From: Acutalibacteraceae bacterium
GTDB taxonomy: Bacteria; Bacillota; Clostridia; Oscillospirales; Acutalibacteraceae
NCBI GenBank assembly: GCA_045657085.1
Contig: JAZOSL010000094.1
Coordinates: forward strand, 1-49,832
Length of the DNA stretch: 49,832 bases
Direction of reading: 5' to 3'
The translations under genes and the position numbers were made by a program. The notes beneath the pieces were generated by a model that did no database searches, was not told the origin of the DNA, and saw only the letters and a program-made list of their open reading frames with translations. Below are positions 28,084 to 37,741 of this stretch, in pieces (position 1 is the first letter of the stretch; every line of letters starts with the position of its first letter).

Positions 28084-29689
28084 ACGCAAAAAGAAAATAA
28101 TATCCGTAGTTGCGGTTGTTGTACTTGTTGCAATTACCTTTGGTGTAATTGGTACAGCCCTTACCGTTACAGACGGAATGTTCAGCAACAACACACCTAT
28201 GAAAATAACTCCGAATGCTGAAGTTATCGGTAGTATAGACGTAAAAGGTGATTACGAGGCATACATTTTTGAAATACCACAGAATGGTGTTCTTACGGTA
28301 CGTCTTGACCACGATAATCTTCTCGATTCAATCAAATGCGGTTTTGTTGTTACTCTTTATAAAATTATTGATGGTGAAAGTCATCTTTATAAAGAGATTA
28401 CATATTTCAAATCCTTCTGGAGTGACGTTACTTCAAGCTGGGGTGAAACAGGAGTAACACCGGGTACGTACAGTATCGTTGTTGAGCCGGGTATTGATAT
28501 TCTTTATTCTGATTTTACTCTTGTTACATTATTTACTCCAACAGAGAGATACGAAAAAGAAATAAATGACACAAAGAGTGCGGCGACACCTGTAGAAATA
28601 GGTACAACTTATTACGGTTCTGCTTCACAGCGTATTGAAGAAACTGATGCAGACTGGTACAGCTTTAGCATAAATCAGGATTCTTGTGTGAATATAACCT
28701 TTGCCCATCAGGACCACAAAATTCCTTCAGCAGGTTGGAACATAAGAGTATATAACGAATTTGATCAGCTTATAAGCGAGTTTACTTCTAAATTAAGCGA
28801 TGCTCTTATACAAACAGGTACCTTAGGTTTAAGAACAGGTAAATATTACGTTCAGGTTGAATCTCAGGCACCTGTTGTTGATACCTACAAAATTCAGGTC
28901 GGTGCAGATATTGCAGTTAATCACGAATTTGAAATCAATGATAATCCTGCAACAGCAACCGAATTACCTTTAGGTGTTGCAATAAGTGGTTCGCTTGCTG
29001 ACAAGCTTCTCAGCCTTGATAAAGACTATTACAGATTTACCGTTCCTTCAGACGGTGTAATTGACTTTGAATTTTCTCATCCCGTTTTAGAAGGTGATAA
29101 GGGTGGTTGGAACGTCAGAATCATAAAGCTTGAAGCAGATGGCACACAAAATGAAATGGTTAAGAAAACATCCAAATGGAATGACGGTGGTATAAAAATT
29201 TCTAACGTTGGTCTTTCGGCAGGTACATATTATGCTTGTATAGACGGTGACTCTTTATCATACAACAGTGTATCTTATTCTTGTAAATGGAGCTTCACTG
29301 AAAGAAACAATTACGAAAAAGAATTTAACGATACACTTTATACAGCAAATAGTATTGAATTTAATAAAGAGTATCAGGGTGCAATTATTTCTAAGGATAC
29401 TGAATACATCTTCGACGAAGACTATTACACATTTAACCTTGCAAACGAAACAAGTGTAGCTCTTGAATTCAGTCATACAAGAGTATTTGAAAGTCAGGAA
29501 GCATGGTTGTTTGCAATTCTTGATGAAAACGGAAACGTTATCGCAGAAAAAGAATGTTACCTTAACGTAGGTCGTGACCATATCACAGACGTTGTTCTTC
29601 CCGCAGGAACATACTACGTACGAGTTAAGGGTGGTTTCCAGAGTAACGAAGACGTTTACACCATCAAAATGAACGGTGCGGTGAATTAA
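28073..29689 (+). CDS. membrane-anchored surface protein made of four PPC-like (pre-peptidase C-terminal) beta-sandwich modules
   Basis: N-terminal KRKKK plus a TM helix. Repeats begin YEKEINDT (aa 159), HEFEINDN (aa 284) and YEKEFNDT (aa 414). Each has a D(A/K/E)DWY/DYY motif and a GTYY...V strand. A degenerate first module spans aa 47-156. Confidence 0.65.
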   Translation: MMNKRKKKIISVVAVVVLVAITFGVIGTALTVTDGMFSNNTPMKITPNAEVIGSIDVKGDYEAYIFEIPQNGVLTVRLDHDNLLDSIKCGFVVTLYKIIDGESHLYKEITYFKSFWSDVTSSWGETGVTPGTYSIVVEPGIDILYSDFTLVTLFTPTERYEKEINDTKSAATPVEIGTTYYGSASQRIEETDADWYSFSINQDSCVNITFAHQDHKIPSAGWNIRVYNEFDQLISEFTSKLSDALIQTGTLGLRTGKYYVQVESQAPVVDTYKIQVGADIAVNHEFEINDNPATATELPLGVAISGSLADKLLSLDKDYYRFTVPSDGVIDFEFSHPVLEGDKGGWNVRIIKLEADGTQNEMVKKTSKWNDGGIKISNVGLSAGTYYACIDGDSLSYNSVSYSCKWSFTERNNYEKEFNDTLYTANSIEFNKEYQGAIISKDTEYIFDEDYYTFNLANETSVALEFSHTRVFESQEAWLFAILDENGNVIAEKECYLNVGRDHITDVVLPAGTYYVRVKGGFQSNEDVYTIKMNGAVN

Positions 29690-29691
29690 AT

Positions 29692-30630
29692 TTGAAAAAA
29701 CTTTTATGCGTGATTGCGACATTGACCCTCCTTTTTACGGGGGGCTGTGTCGGGTCAGGCAATAACACGAAAAATAATAAAGATGTTATTGCAACCTCTT
29801 TTTATCCCATTTACATTTTTACCCTTAACATTGTTCAGGGTATAGATGATATTGAAGTCAGATGTATGGCAGAACAGAACATCGGTTGTCTTCACGACTA
29901 TACTCTTACTGCAAAAGACGTGAGACTTCTTAATGATGCCAAAGCATTTGTTATCAATGGTGCAGGGATGGAAAGCTTTATTGAAGATGCTTACGAAAAT
30001 GCAGAAAACATTTTCGTAATTGATTCATCTTCAGGAATTTCTCTTATTTGTGATGATGAGCATACTCACCACGAAGATGCTGAAGAAAAAGAAGCATCTC
30101 ACGGTCATTCTCATAATCATTCGGAAAATTCTCATATATGGCTTTCTGTTGAAAATGCAAAAAAACAAATTGAAAATATTAAAAACGGTCTTGTGCAGAT
30201 TTATCCCCAATATGAATTGCAGTTTGAAGAAAACTATGAAGCTTATATGAACAGATTGACTGAGCTTGAAAAAGAAACAGAAAGCTGCCGTGCACAAGTG
30301 AAGGATAAAAAGGTTATAACGTTCCATAAAGCATATGATTATTTAGCAGTTGATACAGGCTTTGAAATCGTTGCTTGTGTAGAAAGCGACGAAGGTGGGG
30401 AGCCTTCGGCAAAAAAACTTGCACAGTTAAGTGAATACATAAAAAATGAAAGTATATGTGCATTGTTCACTGAGCCACAGTATAAAGGCTCAGCAGCAGA
30501 TATTTTAAAGAACGAAACGGGTATAAGCATTTGCGTTCTTAATCCCGTTACAAGTGGTCAGGCTTCTCTGACTTCTTACGAAGATATTATGAAGGAAAAT
30601 TATGAATTGCTTTTAAAGGCGGTGAGTTAA
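29692..30630 (+). CDS. znuA: zinc ABC transporter substrate-binding lipoprotein (cluster A-I, ZnuA/AdcA-like)
   Basis: Signal peptide with Cys (LLFTGGC). His/acid-rich loop HTHHEDAEEKEASHGHSHNHSENSH is typical of zinc-specific members. HIWLS motif. TTG start. Confidence 0.8.
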   Translation: MKKLLCVIATLTLLFTGGCVGSGNNTKNNKDVIATSFYPIYIFTLNIVQGIDDIEVRCMAEQNIGCLHDYTLTAKDVRLLNDAKAFVINGAGMESFIEDAYENAENIFVIDSSSGISLICDDEHTHHEDAEEKEASHGHSHNHSENSHIWLSVENAKKQIENIKNGLVQIYPQYELQFEENYEAYMNRLTELEKETESCRAQVKDKKVITFHKAYDYLAVDTGFEIVACVESDEGGEPSAKKLAQLSEYIKNESICALFTEPQYKGSAADILKNETGISICVLNPVTSGQASLTSYEDIMKENYELLLKAVS

Positions 30631-30631
30631 A

Positions 30632-31381
30632 ATGGCATCCGAAAACGGCTGTGGTCTTTGTAAAATAAAAGTAGATAATATCGGTGTAAAAAAAAGTGGA
30701 GAAGTGCTGCTTTCGGACGTTTCTTTTGAGCTTCACTGTGGTGAACTTACTGCTTTGATAGGTGTTAATGGTGCAGGTAAAACTACACTCGTTAAATCAA
30801 TATTAGGTGAAATCAAACACGAAGGCACAGTTTCTTTTGAATCTCATCACGGTGAGAAAATTAATAACATAACCATTGGTTACGTGCCTCAACATCTTGA
30901 TTTTGACCGATCAGCTCCCGTAAGTGTAGAAGATTTCCTTATGATAGGCAGGACAACAACTCCGATTTGCTTTTCAAAGAAGAAAAAGATAGCAAAAGAG
31001 CTTGACGAAATGCTTGAAACAGTTGGTTGTAAGGAATTGAAAAAAAGACGTTTAGGTGAACTTTCAGGTGGCGAGCTTCAACGAGTTATGCTGGCAAATG
31101 CTTTGTATCCCTTACCCGAGCTTCTTATTCTTGATGAACCTGTTTCAGGTGTGGATGCTGCAGGTAGTGAAAAATTCTATGAAGTTATATCTGATTTAAA
31201 GCAACACTATCATATGGCAATAGCAATGGTTTCTCACGATTTAGGTATCGTAAGGGATTTTGCAGATAACGTTATTCTTATAAATAAATCCGTTCTCAAA
31301 AACGGTGATGCAAAATATGTTTTTGCCTCTGATGAATTCAGCAAAAGCTTTTATAGCTTAACTAAGGAGGCAGACCGGTGA
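30632..31381 (+). CDS. znuC: metal (zinc) ABC transporter ATP-binding protein
   Basis: Walker A GVNGAGKTT, signature LSGGELQR, Walker B LLILDEP. Confidence 0.85.
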   Translation: MASENGCGLCKIKVDNIGVKKSGEVLLSDVSFELHCGELTALIGVNGAGKTTLVKSILGEIKHEGTVSFESHHGEKINNITIGYVPQHLDFDRSAPVSVEDFLMIGRTTTPICFSKKKKIAKELDEMLETVGCKELKKRRLGELSGGELQRVMLANALYPLPELLILDEPVSGVDAAGSEKFYEVISDLKQHYHMAIAMVSHDLGIVRDFADNVILINKSVLKNGDAKYVFASDEFSKSFYSLTKEADR

Positions 31382-32211
31382 ATATAATATATAATATTTT
31401 TCAGACAGTGCTACCTTTTGGTTGGGCAGACTATAAATTTATGGTAGACGCTTTTGTTGCTGTTATTCTTATTGCCCCTCTTATGGGTGTTTTAGGTACA
31501 ATGGCAGTCAACAACAAAATGGCATTCTTTTCAGATGCTTTAGGTCATAGTGCATTTACAGGTATTGCTTTAGGTGTGCTTTTAGGCATACATAATGAAA
31601 TAATTTCGTTAATAGCTTTCGGTGTTTTTCTTGCCCTTGTTATAACAAGAGTGAAAAATAAAGGGAAAGCATCATCAGATACTGTAATAAGTGTGTTTTC
31701 GTCAACTGCCGTAGCATTAGGGCTTCTCGTGTTATCATATGGTGGTGGTTTTTCAAAATACAGTGCGTATCTTGTAGGCGATATTTTAAGTGTATCTTCT
31801 CAAGAAATACTTTGCTTGTTTATAACTCTCATAGCAGTAATTGTTATATGGTCATTAATCTATAATAAGCTTCTTATTATTTCTATAAACAGGGAGTTGG
31901 CAGCAAGCCGTGGCATAAAAACAACACTTTACGAAAATGTTTTCGTTATAGTTGTAGCTGTTGTTGTTATGCTTTCTATAAAGTGGGTAGGTATTCTTCT
32001 TATAAATTCACTTCTTATTTTACCTGCTGCCTCAGCAAGAAATATCGCGAAAAATTCAAGGCAATATCTTGCAGCTTCTGTTGTTATTTCTTTGATTTGT
32101 TCCGTTAGTGGATTGCTTGTATCTTTTTATGCAGATACTTCTGCAGGTGCAACAATAGTGACGGTTTCAGCAATAGTATTTTTTGTTACTTACGTATTCA
32201 GAAAAAAATAA
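31378..32211 (+). CDS. znuB: metal (zinc) ABC transporter permease (ABC-3 family)
   Basis: 277 aa polytopic protein with FFSDALGHSAFTG and LLILPAA motifs. GTG start overlaps the upstream stop (GTGA) and lies 8 nt after AAGGAGG. Confidence 0.85.
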   Translation: MNIIYNIFQTVLPFGWADYKFMVDAFVAVILIAPLMGVLGTMAVNNKMAFFSDALGHSAFTGIALGVLLGIHNEIISLIAFGVFLALVITRVKNKGKASSDTVISVFSSTAVALGLLVLSYGGGFSKYSAYLVGDILSVSSQEILCLFITLIAVIVIWSLIYNKLLIISINRELAASRGIKTTLYENVFVIVVAVVVMLSIKWVGILLINSLLILPAASARNIAKNSRQYLAASVVISLICSVSGLLVSFYADTSAGATIVTVSAIVFFVTYVFRKK

Positions 32212-32239
32212 AAAATTATTCCGAAAGGACTGTATATAA

Positions 32240-33244
32240 ATGTTGTTTTCTCAGGATATAGGCGTAGATTTAGGAACAGCCAATACCCTTGTATTTGTTA
32301 AAGGTAAGGGTATAGTTATAAGAGAGCCTTCAGTTGTGGCTGTTGATGAAAGAACAAATCCTAAAACTGTTGTAGCCGTTGGTGCAGATGCAAAAAAAAT
32401 GATAGGCAGAACACCGGGCTCAATTACTGCTGTAAGACCACTTAAGGACGGTGTTATCGCAGACTTTGATATGACTTCTGATATGCTTAAGGAATTTATA
32501 AAAAGAGCTATCAGTGGTTCACCATTTAACAGAGCAAGAGTTATGATTTGCATACCGTCGGGTGTTACCGAGGTTGAAAGACGTGCTGTTCACGATGCTG
32601 CTAAAAGTGCAGGTGCAAGGTACGTAAGCCTTATTGAAGAGCCGATGGCAGCAGCAATAGGTGCAGGTCTTCCTGTTTTAGATGCAACCGGTAGTATGAT
32701 TGTAGATATCGGTGGTGGTACAAGCGAAGTTGCTGTTATTTCATTAGGTGATATCGTTACCTCTAAATCTGTAAGAGTTGCAGGTGATACTTTTGACGAT
32801 GCAATTATTTCATACGTTAAAAGAACCTTTAATCTTCTTATCGGTGAAAGAAGTGCTGAAGATATAAAATTAAAATTAGGCTCTGCTTATCCTTACGAGG
32901 GTGAAGCAGCTATGGAAATAAAGGGTAGAAACCTTATTGACGGACTTCCGAAATCTGTAGAAATTACAAGTGAGCAGGTGCGTGAAGCACTTGCTGATCC
33001 TGTTGACCAGATTCTTGATGCAATAAGATATACTCTTGACAGAACTCCACCAGAGCTTGCAGCCGATATTATTGAAAGAGGTATAACGCTTACAGGTGGA
33101 GGCGCACTTCTCAGAGGGCTTGATAAGCTTATTTCTACCGAAACAGGTATGCCTGTAAACGTTGCTCAGAATCCTATCGACTGCGTTGTTAACGGAACAG
33201 GTATTTGTCTTGAAAAAGACCTTTTAGGCTTTAAGAAGGGTTAA
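32240..33244 (+). CDS. mreB: rod shape-determining protein MreB
   Basis: [26 protein letters not shown] and [15 protein letters not shown] motifs. Confidence 0.95.
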   Translation: MLFSQDIGVDLGTANTLVFVKGKGIVIREPSVVAVDERTNPKTVVAVGADAKKMIGRTPGSITAVRPLKDGVIADFDMTSDMLKEFIKRAISGSPFNRARVMICIPSGVTEVERRAVHDAAKSAGARYVSLIEEPMAAAIGAGLPVLDATGSMIVDIGGGTSEVAVISLGDIVTSKSVRVAGDTFDDAIISYVKRTFNLLIGERSAEDIKLKLGSAYPYEGEAAMEIKGRNLIDGLPKSVEITSEQVREALADPVDQILDAIRYTLDRTPPELAADIIERGITLTGGGALLRGLDKLISTETGMPVNVAQNPIDCVVNGTGICLEKDLLGFKKG

Positions 33245-33247
33245 AAA

Positions 33248-34105
33248 ATGAAAAGATTTTTACAAAGCTCAGTTTTTAAAAACCTTGTAGTAGTTGTTTC
33301 GGTAGTTATAATCGGTGTTGTGACTGCTTCATTAAGCCATAATGCATCGTCACCCATAACAACTGCACTAGGTACAATTTTTTCTCCTTTACAGAAGCTG
33401 TCATCATACGTTGCAGATAATGTTGAAGGCTTATCTGCAGCATTTGAATCATCTTCTGTATATATAGAAGAAAACAAAGCATTGAAAAATGAAATAAAAG
33501 AATATAGAAAAAAACTTGCAGATTACAATGAACTCAAAAACAAGGTGGATGCTTACGAAGAATTTTACGGAATCAAGCAGCAAAACCCTGATTATGAATT
33601 CAGTTACGGTGCTGTGATTTCAAAAGACGTGGCAGATGCTTATGATTCTTTCGTTCTTGATATAGGCTCTAAGGACGGGGTAAGTGTTGATGACCCTGTT
33701 ATTTATGGTGAGTATGTAGTAGGTATAGTGAAAAAAGTTAATTTTTCTACCTGCGTTGTTTATTCGGTTCTTGACCCGAGAGTTAATATAGGTGCTTTTG
33801 AGTCCGGTACAAGAGAATACGGATATGTTTCAGGCGACTCAAAGCTTTATAACTCAGGTCTTTGCAAGCTTTCAGGTCTTGATAATTCAACATCAGTTGT
33901 TGGTGGTGGACTTGTTTGTACGTCAGGTGCAGGTGGCGTTTTCCCCAATGGCCTTATTATAGGTGAAGTAACTGCAGTTCATAATGATGAAGTTTCTTCT
34001 GCTTATTATGCCGAAGTAAAACCATATATTGACCCTGATGAAATAACAGATGTTTTTGTTATAACTTCATTTGAAGGTCAGGGCGAAGAAGATATTTCCG
34101 ATTAA
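33248..34105 (+). CDS. mreC: rod shape-determining protein MreC
   Basis: N-terminal TM helix, coiled coil (ENKALKNEIKEYRKKLADYNELKN) and a beta-barrel domain ending GLVCTSGAGGVFPNGLIIGEV. Confidence 0.88.
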   Translation: MKRFLQSSVFKNLVVVVSVVIIGVVTASLSHNASSPITTALGTIFSPLQKLSSYVADNVEGLSAAFESSSVYIEENKALKNEIKEYRKKLADYNELKNKVDAYEEFYGIKQQNPDYEFSYGAVISKDVADAYDSFVLDIGSKDGVSVDDPVIYGEYVVGIVKKVNFSTCVVYSVLDPRVNIGAFESGTREYGYVSGDSKLYNSGLCKLSGLDNSTSVVGGGLVCTSGAGGVFPNGLIIGEVTAVHNDEVSSAYYAEVKPYIDPDEITDVFVITSFEGQGEEDISD

Positions 34106-34147
34106 AAATTAATTTTATTAAAACAAAAACAGGAAAGGGGTGACACC

Positions 34148-34657
34148 TTGCGTTACGGTGATAATAAACCTAAATATATAAGATGGGCAATTTTTGCTAT
34201 AATAATTATTATTTCAGCCGTGCTTCAGAATTCATCAGGTGGATTGATAGAAATTTTCGGTGCAAGGATGTTTGTGCTTCTTCCTGTGTGCGTTTCAATA
34301 GCTATGTTTGAACGTGAAGTACCCGCTGCAATATTTGGAGCGTTTGCAGGTGCTTTGTGGGATGTTTCAAGTGGTGCTGATGGCTATAACACATTGATTT
34401 TGATGCTTTTAAGTGCAACGGTGTCATTGCTTATAAGCCATTTGATGAGAAACAATATTGTTACGTCACTTGTTTTGGGTGTGGGTGCAACTTTAATATA
34501 CGAAATTATTTATATTGTAAGAATTGCATTTGCAGGGAACCCTATATACAGAATATTGACGTTCTATTTACCATCGTTGGTTTTAACGGTTGTTCTTGTT
34601 CCCTTGTGTTACCACATTATAAAAAAAGTTTACTCAAATTTACGTGTTTCTGAATAG
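34148..34657 (+). CDS. mreD: rod shape-determining protein MreD
   Basis: 169-aa polytopic protein immediately after mreC. TTG start lies 7 nt after GGAAAGGGG. Confidence 0.65.
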   Translation: MRYGDNKPKYIRWAIFAIIIIISAVLQNSSGGLIEIFGARMFVLLPVCVSIAMFEREVPAAIFGAFAGALWDVSSGADGYNTLILMLLSATVSLLISHLMRNNIVTSLVLGVGATLIYEIIYIVRIAFAGNPIYRILTFYLPSLVLTVVLVPLCYHIIKKVYSNLRVSE

Positions 34658-34665
34658 GTGAATAT

Positions 34666-36774
34666 ATGTCTATTGAGTTAAGAAAAAGAAGAAGAATATC
34701 AGGTACTGTTATAATTGCTCTGTGCTTTTTGTTTTTAATTCTTGCCGTCGGTAAAAATCAGATTATAGACGGTGACGAATATAAACAGGCAGCAGAAAGT
34801 CTTGCTGTTTCAAGCAGTACCGTTAAAGCATCGAGAGGTGAAATTCTTGATTGCAATGGTAACCCTCTTGTTACAAACAGGCAGGGTAATTCTGTTGTGT
34901 TTAAATATGCAGAGTTCCCTGATGCTGACCATCAGGAAGACAGAAATAAACTTATTCATTCACTTATTAAATTATTTGAAAAAAATGGAATTCAATGGAT
35001 AGACAGGCTTCCGCTTATTTATGAAAACAATAAACTTATTGTTGATGAAAATAAAATGACGGAGTTCAAGTATATGGTTTCAGAGAGTATGCTTGAAATG
35101 GAAAAGGGTGAAAAAGCATCTGCAGATGATTGTCTTGACGCCCTTATTAAAAGATATATGCTTGAAGATTATTCAAGGCAGGATGCAAGAAAAATTGCAT
35201 CTGTTTGCTTTGGAATGAAATATTTTTCATTCCCCACCACATCTTCTTATACGTTTGCTGAGGACGTGCCTACAGAAATTGTTTCTGTGATCATGGAAAA
35301 GAGCAGCACTTACCCCGGTGTAGTGTCTGAAAATGTAAGCTATAGAGAGTATAGTGACACTATCAGCTACTCACATATTTTAGGTGTTGTAGGTTCAATA
35401 AGTGCAGAAGAATATGCTTCAGAAGCTAAAAAGCTTGAAGAATTATTAAGCGATGAAACTCTTACGGGTACTGAAATAAGAAATTTAAAAAACAATGCCT
35501 ATTCTCTTAATGATACCTATGGCAAAAGTGGTATAGAAGCTGCTATGGAAAAATATCTGAGAGGTACAAACGGTATTAAAACAACTACAACAGCTTCTGA
35601 CGGAACTGTTACTGAAGAATATCTTACAAAACCTGTTCAGGGTAATACTGTTTTTACGACTATTGATGGTGAACTTCAGAAAATAGCAACACAAGCACTT
35701 GCAGATATGCTTGTTGACAATAAAAATTCGCCCTATTTCGGTACTGCAGGAGCAATGGTTGTATTGAATTGTAAAACGGGTGAAATTCTTGCAAGTGTTT
35801 CTTTGCCCGGCTATGACATTACAAGATATTTTGCAGATTATAATCAGTTGGTAGCAGATACTCAAAGCCCCTTGTGGAACAGAAGTACTCAGAGTGCGTA
35901 TGCACCCGGCTCTACTATGAAGCCTGCAATAGCTATTGCAGCACTTGAAGAAGAAATTATAACGATTGATTCTGCCGAGTATTGTGGCAGTCACTTCGTT
36001 TTAGAAGATCAGACTTTTAAATGCCTTTCAACCCACGGTTATATAAACGTTACCACAGCGATTCAGAAATCTTGTAACATTTTCTTCTTCCAGATGGGTC
36101 AGAAGCTTGGTATTGATAAAATGAATAAATATTGTAGTCTTTTGGGATTGGGTCAGAAGACAGGTGTTGAACTTCCTGAAGCAGAAGGGATGCTTGCCAG
36201 TGTAGCAAACAAAGAAGCTGCAGGTCAGGTGTGGAATCCGGGTGATACTGTTCAGGCTGCCATAGGTCAGTCAGACAACCTTTTCACACCATTACAGCTT
36301 GCAAACTATTGTGCAACAATAGCAAACGGTGGTACTCGCTTAAGACCATATATAATTAAATCTGTTCTTTCTTCTGACATGTCAGAGGTTATTTATGAAA
36401 CACAGACAGAAGTTCTTAATACTTTAAACGTAAGTGAAGAAAATCTTGATATAGTTAAGTCGGGTATGAGAGACGTTGTCGTTAATACGGGCTGTAATAA
36501 ATATTTTAACAACTGTATTGTAGCTGCTGCAGGAAAAACAGGTACATCTCAGGTTAAAAGAAAAATTGATACGGGTGCAACAGTTGTTTGTAATAACGGT
36601 TTCTTTATAACTTTTGCACCGTATGATGACCCTGAGCTTGCTATTGCAATAGTTGCTGAAAACGGTCAGTCAGGTAGTAAAACTTCTCAGGCAGCAGTTC
36701 CGGTTTACAATTATTATTTCTCGCAAAAAACAAACTTCGATACGGTAGATACCCCTAACACATTTATTCCATAA
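34666..36774 (+). CDS. mrdA: penicillin-binding protein 2 (class B elongation transpeptidase)
   Basis: N-terminal TM helix. Motifs SxxK (STMK), SxN (SCN) and KTGT are present. It sits in the mreBCD context. Confidence 0.9.
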   Translation: MSIELRKRRRISGTVIIALCFLFLILAVGKNQIIDGDEYKQAAESLAVSSSTVKASRGEILDCNGNPLVTNRQGNSVVFKYAEFPDADHQEDRNKLIHSLIKLFEKNGIQWIDRLPLIYENNKLIVDENKMTEFKYMVSESMLEMEKGEKASADDCLDALIKRYMLEDYSRQDARKIASVCFGMKYFSFPTTSSYTFAEDVPTEIVSVIMEKSSTYPGVVSENVSYREYSDTISYSHILGVVGSISAEEYASEAKKLEELLSDETLTGTEIRNLKNNAYSLNDTYGKSGIEAAMEKYLRGTNGIKTTTTASDGTVTEEYLTKPVQGNTVFTTIDGELQKIATQALADMLVDNKNSPYFGTAGAMVVLNCKTGEILASVSLPGYDITRYFADYNQLVADTQSPLWNRSTQSAYAPGSTMKPAIAIAALEEEIITIDSAEYCGSHFVLEDQTFKCLSTHGYINVTTAIQKSCNIFFFQMGQKLGIDKMNKYCSLLGLGQKTGVELPEAEGMLASVANKEAAGQVWNPGDTVQAAIGQSDNLFTPLQLANYCATIANGGTRLRPYIIKSVLSSDMSEVIYETQTEVLNTLNVSEENLDIVKSGMRDVVVNTGCNKYFNNCIVAAAGKTGTSQVKRKIDTGATVVCNNGFFITFAPYDDPELAIAIVAENGQSGSKTSQAAVPVYNYYFSQKTNFDTVDTPNTFIP

Positions 36775-36785
36775 GAGGTGAAACA

Positions 36786-37505
36786 ATGAAAGTTATATCA
36801 GTTGTATCTGCAAAAGGTGGCGTCGGAAAATCAACCTTTTGTGTTGGTATAGGCAGATTGCTTGCTCTTCACGATAAAAGAGTTCTGCTGGTTGATATGG
36901 ATATTGGTGTGAGAAGCCTTGATATTCTTTTAGGTGTATCAGAAAAAACCGTATACAACTGGGGTGACCTTGTAAAAGGTAACTGTGATTTCAGAAAAGC
37001 CGTTACCGAAGTTGCAAATAATCTTTATCTTCTTGCTGCACCTATAGATTTTTCAGAAGAATATTCTGAAGAAGGCTTTAAAAAAGCAATAGGTAATTAT
37101 TTAAAGGATTTTGACTATATTTTTCTTGATTCACCGGCAGGCCTTGAAAGTGGATTTAAGCTTTCATTATGTGCTTGCGACGGTTGTGTTGTTGTTTCTA
37201 CACCTGACAATATAAGTATAAGAGCTGCATCTTATGCTTGTGAAAAGGTTCGAAATTCAGGGGTTGAGCAAGTAAGACTTGTAGTTAATAAATTTAATAA
37301 AAAGGTACATAAAAATATAAATGTAGATGATATTATAGATGTTGTCGGTGCACGTCTTTTAGGTATAATTCCCGATTCTTCTGAAATATATAAATCTGCA
37401 AATGGTGAAAAAATACCTTATGACTGTAAAGGTAATATGGCTTTAGTAAGAATATCTAAAAGATTGAATGGAGAAAATATTCCTTTCAGAGTAAAGAATT
37501 TATAA
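36786..37505 (+). CDS. MinD/ParA-family P-loop ATPase (MinD-like, orphan)
   Basis: Deviant Walker A SAKGGVGKST and Walker B FLDSPAG. I see no C-terminal amphipathic membrane-targeting helix, and no minC or minE neighbours. Confidence 0.75.
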   Translation: MKVISVVSAKGGVGKSTFCVGIGRLLALHDKRVLLVDMDIGVRSLDILLGVSEKTVYNWGDLVKGNCDFRKAVTEVANNLYLLAAPIDFSEEYSEEGFKKAIGNYLKDFDYIFLDSPAGLESGFKLSLCACDGCVVVSTPDNISIRAASYACEKVRNSGVEQVRLVVNKFNKKVHKNINVDDIIDVVGARLLGIIPDSSEIYKSANGEKIPYDCKGNMALVRISKRLNGENIPFRVKNL

Positions 37506-37510
37506 AAATA

Positions 37511-37538
37511 TTGACTTTTAAAATAAAAGTTGTATAAT
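37511..37538 (+). promoter_or_regulatory. sigmaA-type promoter for the thiT leader
   Basis: TTGACT-16 nt-TATAAT. Confidence 0.55.
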
Positions 37539-37574
37539 GACAGTGCAAATGATTTGTAGCTACGTTATTTGCCG

Positions 37575-37680
37575 AAAATAAAACAGGGGAGCTGACGGAC
37601 GTCGGCTGAGAAAGAAAACATTCCTTTTCTGACCCTAATAACCTGATGCGGATAATGCCGTCGTAGGAAAAATACTTCTG
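37575..37680 (+). promoter_or_regulatory. TPP riboswitch (THI element)
   Basis: Conserved core read directly from the sequence: GGGGAGC...CTGAGA...(variable hairpin agaaaa/ttttct)...GACCC..AACCTGATGCGGATAATGCCGTCGTAGGAA. It lies upstream of a ThiT gene. Confidence 0.88.
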
Positions 37681-37687
37681 AGTACGT

Positions 37688-37727
37688 TCTCTCTATGGCT
37701 GTGTTACCGCCGTAGGGAGATTTTTAT
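37688..37727 (+). terminator. riboswitch expression-platform terminator
   Basis: tctctctatggc-9 nt loop-gccgtagggaga (12 bp including 2 G-U pairs) followed by ttttta. It sits directly between the aptamer and the thiT RBS. Confidence 0.7.
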
Positions 37728-37741
37728 TCGGAGGAAAAATT

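Noticed and set aside
29258-29722. Minus-strand 154-aa ORF
   Set aside because: It is antisense to the 3' end of the PPC-repeat gene and the znuA start, so it is a shadow ORF.
35485-35994. Minus-strand 169-aa ORF inside PBP2
   Set aside because: It is antisense to a CDS carrying all PBP motifs. Its Cys/Ser/Phe-rich composition is typical of shadow ORFs.
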